Source: Cyanophora paradoxa CCMP329
Taxonomy: Eukaryota; Plantae; Glaucophyta
DNA: 64,000 nucleotides
NCBI GenBank assembly: GCA_004431415.1
Contig: QPMI01000048.1
Coordinates: 206,679 to 270,678 of the forward strand
Reading direction: 5' to 3'
A model generated the notes under the pieces. That model made no database searches. It was not told where the DNA came from and saw only the letters and a list, made by a program, of their open reading frames with translations. The position numbers and the translations under genes were made by a program. The number at the start of each line of letters is the position of its first letter. Position 1 is the first letter of the stretch. This document shows, piece after piece, positions 21,053 to 33,314 of this stretch.

Positions 21053-24000
21053 TCACCGATCGGGACTGCAGGTATCACCGATGAGGCCTTCGCGATCGCG
21101 GCTGCAGCGGCGGGGCTCCACGGCCGGAACGCCGACGGGCGCCCGCGGCCGGAAGCTGCGTCCACGGCCCCGAGCCTTGGATTTGCATACGGCGGTGGCT
21201 TCGAATTCGAGCTCGGCTGCGCCTGCTGCAAGGCTGGCGGTTGGTAGAGGGTGGCGCTGCGAGCTGCAGCTGCAGCTGCAGGCGTCGCGATCGACGTCGG
21301 CGGCAGAGGCTGCGGCGGCGCCTGGCGCGAGGATGGCCCCCGATTCGAATTCGACGCCCGCTGCGCATGCGCATCTCGAGATCGCGAATTGGAGGCCAGC
21401 GCGGGCGCGCCGCGGGCCGCCGGATCCACGTGGGGACGCCTCCGAGGCCTCCACGAGGATCTCGGGGGCCTCGAGCTCGGCCAAGCCTGCCCCGCGGCCG
21501 CCCGCGCCCTCCTCGAGCTTGTAATTACGATCGGGTTCGGGATTCGAGCTCGCGAGGAAGGCCCCAAGCGACTGTACGTGCGCTCGAGCCGCCCGCCCCT
21601 TCGCCTTGCGCCCCGCCTTCGAATTCGGCTGCTGCTGCAGCAGCAGCTGCTGCTCGGTCTTCGGGTGCGCTCGGACGGGCGCGAGCTCGCCAAGGGCCAC
21701 AGCCATGCAGGGGACGGAGGCGGGCAGGAGGGCCGCCGCGGCCCGCGCCGCGTCGGCAGAGCGGAAGACCGCCAGGGCCCGCGGCGGCCCGCCAGCGTCC
21801 GCCGCGGCGGGGATGACGGCCTCCAGCTCCTGGCGCGAGCTATGAGCAGGTATCATCCATTATTCATTCATGAATTTATATTTAGATTGTGCTCTCGGTC
21901 ATATTCTAGATATTCATTAACTATAAGATGCTCTCTAGATTCATTTAGATTCAGGTGATAAAAACGACTCCAGATTTTATGTGCTCATGCCGCGCCTGCG
22001 CAAGACCTCGTTTTCGCACTCACCTCGCCGCAGTCGGATTGGCGGAGGGCGAGCGAGACCGCCTCCGCCGCCGCGCCGCTGACCAGAACCGCCCGCGCCG
22101 CTCGGCACGCCATCGCCTCCTGCTCCGAAGCGGATGTTCGAAGTCAGACTTGCAAACTTAAGGCTTCGGCCATGGCAGACTGAAAACCGCACCTCCCACT
22201 CCGGAGACTCCTTCACGACGGTCGCGATCGCTGGCGCCTTTCCCGACGACGCATGCGCAGACGCCCCTTCCGTCGACGTCGCTCCCACCTGCAGGCAAGT
22301 TCGATGTCTCTCGCTTGGACCGGCGCGCCGATGGCGAATTCGAATGGCCGACGTCGACGCGGACGCGCCTCGGCCTTGAGGGCCTTGAGGCGGGCCTCGC
22401 ACTCGCGCCGGAGCGCGGCGTCCCCCGCCGCGATCGCCTCCGCCAGCGCCTCCTCGACCGGTAGGAATGAAGCGAGGGATTTAATTTAGATCATCAGCTA
22501 GGAGCGGGTGTGGCGGAGGCGCTAGATCATATATAGAAGAAGCGGCGTTGCGGAGGCGCTAGAGGCGCTAGCGGAAGTCGCGGAGGCGTGCTCCCGTTCT
22601 AGAAGCGGCGGCGTCCCCCGTTCTCTCGCTTACGCCCAAGTGCGCGCACCTCGCGGGCGCTGGCGGTCGCCTCCGCCAGCGCCTCCTCGACCGCCGCCTC
22701 CCCCGCCTCGGGCCCCTCCCGCAGTGCCGCCCGCACACGCCCCCGCAACGCCTCGAGGCTCCTCTCCAGCTCCTGCCCAGGACGTACGCGTGGGTTTGAA
22801 TCTCAAGATCTAGAGGCATTGCACATAGAATTGATATTTGCAGCTCGCAATTGCAGTCCCGGGGCGTGGGTTTGAATTTCAAGATCTAGAGACATTGCCC
22901 GCAGGTTTCGCGGCACGCACCCCGCGCGCGTCGCGCAGCTGGGCTTGGCGGGCGGAGGCGGTGCGCCGGTCGGAGGAGGCCGAAGCACCCAAACCCTCGA
23001 GCGCTCGGACCGCCTCCCGAAGGTGCGATAAATCTCCGGCGGCGGCCGCGGCCTTCACCTGCGAAAACGTCGTTTATTCGTATTGCATCACCGCAAAAAC
23101 TTCATCGCAGCCCTTTTTCGCGGACCCGCGCGGCCGCGGAATTCCAGGAAATCGCCTCGGCCTGCCTCGCCCTCACATCCGCGGCCTGCAAAAACGTCAT
23201 TTATTTTATTTGACAAAGCATTAATTTTTACCAAGGCCGCGAAGCCCGTCGAAGCCAGGGTCCTCGCCGCCGCCTCCGCGGACTTGACGGCTTCTGTTAG
23301 CACCGAACTGTCGACGCTGCCCGAGCTCGCACTGCCCGGGGCAGCCAGCTCGATCGCCAGCAGGGCCGCTTCGGAGGACGCGAGGGCATCGGCCTGGGTC
23401 GCGATGTAATTCGGTAATTGGATCGAGTCGCACGAAATTCGGCATAACACGGGATTCGAGGCGGATGAGAGCAAGCGCACCGCCGTCTGAAGGCCGGCGA
23501 GCCTCGCGAGCACGCGCTGCACGACGGGCGCGTCGGCGGCCCCGCGCCCCTCCGCCCGGCGCAGCGCGTCCGAGAGCGCTCGGGCCGCCCCCGCCGGCCC
23601 GCCGGCGCCCGCGCCCGCGCCGCTCGGCTCGCCCTCCGCCGCGGCCAGCGCCTCGCTCAGTTCGAGGGCAGCCGCCCGCCGGGCCCGCATCGCCCGCAGG
23701 CGCGCGGCCGCCCCCGCGACGACCTCGGAGCCACCGGAGCCGCTCCGCGTCGCGTTCGCGATCGCCCCTTCGAGCTCGCTCTCCGACAGGGATGCCTCGC
23801 TCTGCAATATTAATGCACGTTCGAAATATAAATTGAGCTAATCATATATTCTAGCTATATTTCTAGCTCGCAATATTTCTAGCTCACCTTTGCGCAGAGG
23901 GCGCGAAGAGTCGCGAGGTCAGACTCGGCCGCTCGCCGCCGCGCCTCGGCGTTCTGCTGTTTCATCGCTTCTTTCTGGCGCCGCATCTCTGCCTCGCGCC

Positions 24001-26649
24001 GCTCCAGCCAAGGTCCGATCATATCTTTGACGTCGTCGGTCAGCTTCTTTGCTTGCAGCAGCCGCGCGATTTCTCTGTCGTCCTTTATTCGCTCTTCTTG
24101 CACATTGCAATTGCCTGTATGGACGGTTAAAAGAAGCGTGTACGTATACGAACACAACTGCAAATATCCGCGCGCGTGGATCCGGAGGGTTTAATTTCGC
24201 GCACGGATCACGAAGGGGCGCGGAGTGGCGCGGAGGACAGCAGTTGAGCGCAACCTGCTCGCGATCGCGATCGCACTCTTGGACGTGAGCGTCCGTACGA
24301 GAAATGCGCGTGAGCATTCATTCTTATAGTTTATAAATATAACCGACGAGGGATTCTGAGCTCGAGGGCACTCTAGATTAGATCTGGTGCGCTTGCCTGC
24401 AGAGTGCCAGATTGTCCTGCACGTTTTCAACATCTTTCGAAAGTGTCATCCGCTGCTCTTTCTCCTCTTCAGAACATTCGTTGATCTCAGTCTCCAACCC
24501 GAACTCCAATGTCTGCGCATGCGATGGCATTCGCACGTAATCGTGTTTGCATCAGCAGCGATCGGGGTCAACGTTGCAATTGTACGCGCATATTCAACAA
24601 AGTTCTCAAGCAGCACGAACCTCCAGCATCAGAGTCAGCGTGATGCGGGATAAGAAACCCGAGTCGACGAGATGATTTGCATGTTGAAGAGCAACTTTCA
24701 TCTGTCAGCGGATCATGATCAGCAAGAAATCAATGCACACCGCACAATGTGCAGGCTCAATTAAAGTATTGTTATTGCGATATTCAGGGAATCTCGCACG
24801 AGTCGATTCCACTCTCGCTCCGCGGCGATCTCGTGCTCGTCGAAGCCCCCGTCTGTCGGGCTCTTCAGAAGTTCCAAGCGCTCCGCACAAATCTCGAGCG
24901 CTCGCTGCTCGCGGGGCAAAGTCAAGATGTGCTTGTGCACGTTATATAATTATTATATATATGTGCATACTGCATCCCAGATCTTCTAAAGAGTAACACT
25001 AAATGAAAGCATATATGTCGCGCACCTCCGTGGTCTGGATGGCGAGCGGGAGGCGCCTCGCCTCGGCGTGGCAGAGCGCGATGTCAAGATAAAGGGCGAC
25101 GCGCACGCTCCCGCTCTCGAATCTCGACCTTGGCGAGGCCTGCGACTCGCAATCGATGATTTGTAAGGCCCGCTGCGAACAAAGCATGAGCCTCGTATTT
25201 GAATGCCGCAGCGCCGCTGATCATCATGCAGCTGGCCGGAATTTAAGCTAGCGCTAGCGCTTCTTCGAATTCTGTGGATACAAATGCGCATTTCGGCACT
25301 CAATGACTTGCCTGTAGATATTCAAGCGTTCTGGTATACTCGATTGAAGACATTTCGCGGCAATCGAACTGCGAACGCCCCTTGGGATCCAAGAGGTCTT
25401 CCAATTCCCTGCGAAAACCTTGCTTCGATAATCGTGTATTTGAGAACTGCAGAGTCGACGTCGCACCAGTCACACGAATTGTGTAACTTGCACCAGATGT
25501 ATGCTTCGCGGCGGGAGAAGCCAGCCGCGCCGACGAGAGCCAAGACGAGACCGAGTCGTGCGTGCAATTTCTGGTACGGCTCTCTAACACCGGTAAGGAT
25601 GTGGATGGCTTTCTGCGTACGACAAATTGATCATGAAGGGCTTTTGTCAGCGCATTTGAGAAACATATATATGCATGCATTTTCTAATCTCGAGCCTAAA
25701 AACTCCGCTTTACCTCGTAGCAGGCTCGGCCCTCTGCGCGAAGCTTTTCTCCGCCTGCGGCGCTGGCCTGTGCCGGCGGATCCGAGTGCACGCACATATA
25801 TTCATGGATTCGAAGTAGCTGGCTCAGACGATCATGATAACGCACCTGTGTAGACGCTGCAGAGTCGAGGGCACCGGCGAGCGTGACTAGCGCTTGCCCG
25901 TGCTCAACGCTATTGGCTCCGAACTTCGCTTTCGCGAACGAGACTCCGCGCTGCGAAACCAATTACAGTGAGCGCGCGCGTTGCGACCTTAAGCTTGAGC
26001 TGGAGGAAGGAGCGAGCCCTGGCCATTTTCTTGGCATCTTGTAGCCGCTCGAGCTCCAGCCCTTCGAGCTGCAATCGATGCGACGCCATTCGAAACGCCA
26101 ACGCTTTGACCGCAGATCGAATGCACTCTCCTTTCGGACCGCGCAGAACGGAATCCTGATCGAGCTCGGAAATTCAAAATGGCTCTAAATATACGTATAC
26201 GCGTGGTCCCCCGCGCGCGATGCGGGTGTGCCGCGTACACGTACTTTTACGGAAGCGAGCTCTTCGTCCATTCCTTGTTCATCGAGATTCTCCACAGCCA
26301 CGATGTCCATAAATTCTATGATCGCCGCGAAGTCCTGTTTTGCGAATGGCACGCCCCAAAGCTCGATCAACTCTCCCAGGTCCGCATCGTGCTTACAGCG
26401 CTGCAGCTGCGAGGGTCGCGATCGGCGCTCGAGTTTCCACGCCACGACGTCGCCCATAAGAGACACCACACGCCGGTCGAGCGCCTCTGCGTCGTCTCCG
26501 GCCGCCGGCGCGGAACTCGCAGCGCGCTCGAGGCAGCGGCGGAGGCAATCGATACAGAAGGCGCCATTCGACGTCGCGGACGCCGGGCGGCTGCTGCACC
26601 CCGCGTGATTGCGCTGCGGCATGCTGGGCGGGCGACGTCGACTGCGCAT
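21053..26649 (-). CDS. Large multi-exon hypothetical protein: helical/TPR-like N-half, coiled coil, degenerate RRM-like C-terminal region
   Basis: Chain of long minus-strand exons (26649-26240, 24110-23888, 23803-23232, 21835-21053) with GT/AG borders. Coiled coil EERIKDDREIARLLQ..AEARRR. RAVLVSG..GE|ELEAVI..RALAVFRSADAARAA resembles RNP2/RNP1. The full exon chain was not resolved. Confidence 0.5.
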
Positions 26650-26819
26650 GCTATAGCTAGCTCAGAATTTGTTATAGAGCTCGAGGAGCTCGAGGGGCTC
26701 GAATTATTTCGGAGGAGATCTATATAGATCTGTCTATATAGCTATATATAGAATGGAAGGGGAGAATTTAAGGGATTGAGCTCGAGGAACTGAATTCGAT
26801 ATATTCAATATATTCTAAA

Positions 26820-27030
26820 GCTACACGATCCTAGAGCCTAAATTGGTATCTGGCATGCGCAGGCGCAAGCAGCCAGCTATACATTCGCAAATTAAAGAGC
26901 GTCTGACGGTCGGCTAAAACTACATCATCCTAGAGCCTACATCGATATCTGGTAGGCGGAAGCGACCAGCTATACATTCGCAAAGAGCGTCCGATGGTCG
27001 GCGAAAGCTACATGATCCTAGAGCCTACGT
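26820..27030. repeat. Degenerate ~90-100 bp tandem repeat (~2.2 copies)
   Basis: CTACA..ATCCTAGAGCCTA occurs three times and CCAGCTATACATTCGCAAA twice. Confidence 0.75.
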
Positions 27031-27256
27031 CTGGATATAGGGCCGGGGTGGCAATTGCAACACTGAGACATCTCGATTTTCAACCTGCCTACCGATACTT
27101 GGGAGGTATGTACAGAATCGATCGTGATATCATGATCGTTGATTCGATGTAAATGAAATAAAAGAACGCCTAGCTATATAGGCCTAGGATTTAATAGGCG
27201 ACGGTAGCTATAGGCGTTAAACTTTTGGTACTACGGTAGCTATAGTGTGCACACGG

Positions 27257-30200
27257 CTACGACCAATAGGGGGCGTATCCCGGCGTTCCGGCGGGAACGA
27301 GCTCCGGGGCCGCCCCAACGATCACGTCGAACTTCTCCTTCTCGATTGACTCGTACAGCCAGGCGCCAACCTGTTCGAAATTGAGCGAATCATTAGATTC
27401 GCTCGTAATTAATATATAGAATGGCCTGGCCATGAGAGATGCGAAATTTAAATACACAAAAACGAAGGCCGACGCACGAGGGCCGAGTACTCGGGCAGGG
27501 TGCGGGCGAGGAAGCCGAAGAAGCCGACCGCATCGGGGACGGGCAGGGCGCTCCCGATGAGCGCGACGATGGTGCGCCACTCCGGCAGAGGCGTGACCCC
27601 CCAGGCTCGCTTCAGCAGGTCGGCCGCCAGTGCGTTGTTCCCGACCTGGAGGAGTGCAGTGAGCAGGGAATTTATATTTATATATACAATTACTCCCAAG
27701 CTTACAGTATTCGCGAGGCCAGCAGCTGCGCTGTTTCTGTGCTGATTCAAGACTTCCGATAGTCTTTGGAGCGAAATGGCCGCATTCTGATGGATATATT
27801 AGTACCAGCATAATTCTGATGGCGAGAAGGGCAAACCTTTGTCAGTTCCCGGCGCGTGTCGCTGCCTCCTCCGCACGCAATGGCGGAGTTCACTGCGCTC
27901 AGAGCCCTTTGCACGCGTGCGCGAAAACGACAATCAGCAGTGCGAACAACAAAGTAAAATATTACGTAAGAATCCACTCACGAGGAAGCCATCTCGAGGT
28001 CGACTCTGCGCTCAGTTGCGAGATCCGCAGCTGCGCGTGGGTACAAGGATGCAGCCACTGGTCCGTAAACCTGCCGCGGCATAAAAGTTTCAGCCAGATA
28101 ATGGACGTCCAGCTGCAGTTTCGATGGGCCTCATTGTATGTGATTATGAGCACCATCTCATTGAGAGATTATGACTCAGTGAGCACCATCTCGTTGAGCG
28201 ATATCGATGACATTATAAATTCAAATTCATGATCACTGTCAAGCAACGTAGACTTAGACTCACCAGATCTTCCTGCTTCAGATTCTCGCGGAGGAGGGTG
28301 CAGAGATCTTCCAGATTCGCCCGAGCGTCGTTCAACTGCAGGCCGGGGTTCTCATGGCTTCTGCAAATCCAAACGCGAGCAAGAATCAAAAATGAAGCTC
28401 TTGAAACGTGCTTCAATAATAATCACGCACAGTTTCTGAGACACATGGGCCGCGACAAGAGAGGCTGCGTGAAGCTCGGCCGACGGCAGCGTCGCCACGG
28501 GTTGGGTGATCGCTGGCGCGAGATCGAAGAAAATCTGCATTAAAATGTATATTCATATCTTATTTCAGCTTTGGAATTGCAAGGTTTCTAGTAATTTTGA
28601 GTTCGAACCCTTTCATTCTTGAAGAAGTAGTATGCGGAGAAAGCGAAGACAAGGAAGGTTGCGACGGAGGCGATAATGAGAGTCGCCGCGGCCATGGCCT
28701 TCGTGAGATTCGTGTTGACCCATCCGTGGTAGCTCTGGTGCGGGAAATGCAATATATACGTCGGCACTCAAATTCCAATAGCGGTTATAATAAAAGCTTC
28801 GTGCACGCACGATGGTAGTAATAGACACGCAGTTCAAAGGGAAGATGTAGATGTAGTAAAGGCGGTTGAAGGGCCGCTTCCAGATTGGGTTCCTTTCGGC
28901 ACATTAATATCAGGAAGGGCTAATTATAACGAATTCGAAGGCGAGCAACTCACCGAAGCTCAAGCAAGATGCAGAAGAAGAAGAAAGTCATGGCAACCCA
29001 GTAGAAGACTTGGCCGCCAGCGTTCCTGTAAGTGATACATCCGACGTTAACATTCATAAAACCAACATTAATCAGCGAAGACATTGCGCAGCTCACCAGT
29101 TGAAGAGACCTACAATTCCCGACTGCCATGGGTTTTTATACACCGGAGAGGTCAGCGAAGCCAACGTTGAGTGGAACTCCGCTGTGCCTGGAAGGCCGGG
29201 CGCCGTCAAAACGTTCCAGGCGACGCATAAAACGGCCGGATTCTGAAATCAACCCCGATCGAAAAGACATCATCAGTATCCTTCAGACGTAATCGAGAGC
29301 TGCAGCCTACAAATGACGCACAGCAATGAAAACGTAGGCAGAAGGCAGAGGCCCGAGCGGGTTGTTCCCAAAGAAGTGCTTGTAAGCAAGCAGCGTCATT
29401 CTGTACGGGAACAAATAAGAAAAGTGCTATCATACGCTTTGCATATATAATATTAATCGTTTGCGTATAATTACGTACATGATAGTCCAGTTGAAGAGGC
29501 CTGCGTGAGAGCATAATATCAGCAACACCGAAGCAAAGAACAGACAAACTCTAAGAGAAAAAGACAGCAGACCGAAGGAGAAGAAAAGCCATGCCGCGAG
29601 GTTGTACTCGGGCCCCGCTATTCCGAACGCGGCGGCCCCGAGCGTGTCAGCCGCAAAGGGCAGAAGCCAGGTTACGTTGAGCGAGCCGATGCCCTGCGCA
29701 TGCGACGAGTTTGATCGATCGCGAACTACCGGAAGCGTACATTTAAAATGTGTACAGCGCACATGAGGGCGGGTGAACCAGCGGTAGTAGGTCAACAGGG
29801 TTGCGATGATCTGCATCGGTCCCGCGATCCACTGCTCCCGACAAGGAATGTTATCATTCTACAACGAAGAGTATGAATGCATGCGCACGAAGATGGCCTT
29901 GGTGGCATCGTCAGAAGCCTTCGTGCCCGTGAGGGACTTGGGGAAAGAGGCCATGACTCCAAGCGCGTTCGGATAGGGAAGGCTGTCCGGAGATGAAAAG
30001 AAGCGTGCAGCTGCGCATATGCGCGCGCAAGCGTGAGTTCTCGCATTCTCACGCGATTCCTTAAAATAGGTTACCGATGACATAGCAGTACATCGTCGCA
30101 GGGAACAGCACGAAGCTGCGGATCACGCGAATCAATCGTGATGTCACAATATTAATATTGATTTACGACGGCGAGAATCGAAACTAAAGCAGACCAGTGA

Positions 30201-31352
30201 CCGACAAATGGGATTCCGAACTCGAACCACAGTTGCTTGGGCCCGTACACAACCGCCTGTCGCACTTTTGGTGAGCGATCGCTTTAATTCGCACTAATTA
30301 TATATTATAACTTAGTAATTTAATTTGAGCGTTGTTTCTGTTAGCGTTGCGCATGCGCATGCGGACCTTTGCGATGTGGAGAGCGAGGACAACCAGGAAC
30401 ACGACCATGGAGACGAACATGATCGTCTGCCACACCCAAGTGCCTGCCGTTCTCGTACGCGTCAATACTCATGTTTAATTTATAATTACTTCAACCATCC
30501 AAATTTGAATACAAAGCGCGCACTCCATTCTCCGGGAGCAGCACCGGCGTTCAGGGCCGCGTTCGTGACCACCCCCGGCAGAGATCCAGGCTGCGTGAAA
30601 GGGAGAATCACCGCCCCGAAAGGAGATAAGTTTATAATTGATCATAAATCGCCATGGCCAGGCATGTACCTTTGTCGTGTCGGGGTTCAAAGGCGTGAGC
30701 GTTGAGTCGGGGTCGCAGAACAAGAAGACGCGGGCCATTAGCCTGCCGCAAAGTTAATTTATAATCTGGTGAACAAGGCATCCATATATATTTGCACGGC
30801 TTAGGCGTGCGCACCACGTGAGTCCGCAAGCGGCGAGTCCGATGACATCGATCCAGTGAGTGAAGTTGACGTACTGATCACGATCGATCGATCGATCAGG
30901 GAAACAATTGCCAAGGAGTCCATCGTGGCACCAGCGAACCTTCACGGCGTTTCCGATGATTCCGAGATTTCCGGCGGGCGGAGGCGCCTGGAGGTACACG
31001 GGCTGCACCAGCGGTCGCCCGCGCACGGCGAACGCCGGACGGTCGCGCGCTTGGACGCGGGCCTTGTGCTCTCCGTCCGCAAGAATCGAGCCATCTCCCT
31101 CCTTCATAACGACGACGTCCACGTGCCTGCAGGTGCCAGCGGATTTCAGTTCACGGATAAGCGCGCGCGATCGGGATATTTAATCATGCGCGCGGCCGCG
31201 GGCTAGGCATTGCAAGTGTACGTGTGCCGCGTTCGAGGGCCGATCCGCCGCGGCCCTTATAAAAATATCAATTTGAGATTGTTGGCGCATGCGCACCGGT
31301 CCTCGCTTGGATCGGCGGGTCGTCCGAGTGCCGGAATTATGCGCGCCATCAT
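27257..31352 (-). CDS. SLAC1/TehA (TDT-family) anion channel with a C-terminal hemerythrin-like domain
   Basis: Spliced transmembrane motifs typical of TDT: IGLAACGLTW; LALHIAK|AVVYGPKQLWFEFGIPF; RWFTRPH|..LNVTWLLPFAADTLGAAAF..AAWLFFSFG; PFNRLYYIYIFPLNCVSITTI|SYH..AMAAATLIIASVATFLV. These are followed by a helical soluble domain (LDVHYLAE..) ending PELVPAGTPGYAPYWS*. Confidence 0.7.
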
Positions 31353-31975
31353 CTTCAGAGCTGCGATTGCCGAGGCGTCCGTTCGCGACGTGTCAGCTTA
31401 AATTTGATTTTCGCGGCCACATTTGACGGCGTTCATAATGCTCGCGCGTCTTTAAGACTCTGGGGTCCGGCGCCGACTCGGCGATCATCAGATATCGATC
31501 GGATCGCCGAGTCGCGAAAACGTTAAAAAGTAGTAGTGCGCGCGCGCGCTTTAACAGTAATTGTGTGCGCGCGCGCATTCGCGCTCAACTTCAGGACTCG
31601 CACCTTAAAGACAGGCCTAGATGCCGCAGTGCAGCTGCAGCAGCTAGCTCAGAGTGCTGCTAGTCGATATCTCAGCAGCAGCAGCAGCTGAGATTTGTCA
31701 AAGCCGACTGGTGCGATGGAGCGCCAGCTCCCACCTGGATCTGCTAACTGCAGGCCTTTTAGATTTGCTGCAGGCGACGCGCGCGCGTCCGCCGTCCGCG
31801 CGCAGTGATCGCAGGATCAAATCCCCACTCGCCGGAAGTCCGACTAAGTTCACTGATGAGTCACGTTCAACGGTTGACTCAGGGTTGACTCACGAGTCAC
31901 GAAACGTCGACGTCTAGGCAACTTAAGGCAAGAAGGACAAGTTGCCTCTACCGCCGAGACTACCGCAGTCTACCG

Positions 31976-32232
31976 GTATATTACTGAAGTTAGCCGCTGA
32001 GCGAATGCTCCGCGCTTCTTAAAAAAAAATCAAAACTGCAGGGGCGCCTCGACGGCGCCGGCGAGGCCGGGCGAGCTCGATCCGATGATCGCGAGTCGCG
32101 ATCGTCAGCGAGTCGTCAGCGAGTCGACGGCAAGTGGACGCATGCGCACGAAGCGTAAGAAAAAATAATCAAGCTGTGACGCACGAAGCCAGCGTCGACG
32201 TCACGAAGCCGGCAATTGCAGGAAATTACGAG
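31976..32232. repeat. ~250 bp dispersed repeat
   Basis: Near-identical to 49798-50044 and 61824-62070. A partial copy starts at 36371. Confidence 0.85.
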
Positions 32233-32913
32233 CTAGCTCTAGCACTAGCTATAGCTATAGCACTCGTACCCATGCGGCTCTGGCCACCGGCGCGGGCCGG
32301 GCGGGCGCGCGGGGCCCGGGGCGGGGCCGGGGAACGTCCATTAATATTTGAATTCGGCATGCGCAGCTGGCGGTCGCGCCCTCATGATCATGATCATGAT
32401 CATCGACGCCGCCGTCGCCAACGTCTCCGTCCGCCGACGCCCCCGGGCGCGGCCTTCGGCCTCGTTCCTCCTAGGCCGCGCCTGCAGCCCCGGGCCCGCC
32501 CCGCCGGGCGCCCGGGCCCCCCTCCCTTCTCAACGCTTGCCGTAGCGCAGCCGTACGTATACGAGAGCCTGCCGGCGCCCCTCCCGTAGGCCTAGCTAGG
32601 CGCCGGCGTCTGCGCATGCGCATATATACAGTGCACGTGCCGCAGTGCACGTACGCGTGCCCTGGGTGCACACAGAAGCTGTCCCGGGTGTCGGTGCAAT
32701 CGGTAAGCTTTAAGGCACGAGCAACGGACGTAGCTCCTTGAAGCAACGCAGCATTAATATTATACACAGCTAGTACTATAGCTACGGGGTTGGATTTGTA
32801 ATTGTACAAGGTCTTCGACTCTCCCCCGCCCCCTGCTCGTCTCAGGATGTGCAAGGTGGGGTCTAAATAAACAAACAAAGACCGCCTGGAAAGGTGGGGT
32901 CTAAATAGACAAA

Positions 32914-32951
32914 CCTAGTGAGCGCTAGCTACGTAGCTAGCGCTCACTAGG
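32914..32951. other. Perfect 38-bp palindrome (second copy 37109-37146)
   Basis: CCTAGTGAGCGCTAGCTAC|GTAGCTAGCGCTCACTAGG equals its own reverse complement. Confidence 0.9.
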
Positions 32952-33314
32952 CGTATTCATAGTTAGCGGCCGGCCGATCTCAATAGCTTGCAGCAGCGAA
33001 ATTGAAAAGGAACAAAAAGCCCTGCGCACCGCTGCCCGCCCCGCGTCCCGAGTCCGCTTTCTAGAACTACGGGCTCGTGAGGATGCGAGCCGCCGGGAGG
33101 GCGCGCGCGACGGCCGCCCACACGCCGAGGCGGAACGCGTGGCCGGCGGCCTCCTCCTCCACGATGTACATGTTCGTGGAATCGTACGGGCGCAAGGCGC
33201 GAAGCCGGATCTGCCATCGATGTCAATTCTAGATTTTAAGCCTGCTGCTTATAAACTAAATATAAATTCTAGATCAATTCTTAAGCCTAGGCCTGCTGCA
33301 CGTGCATCCGCTGC

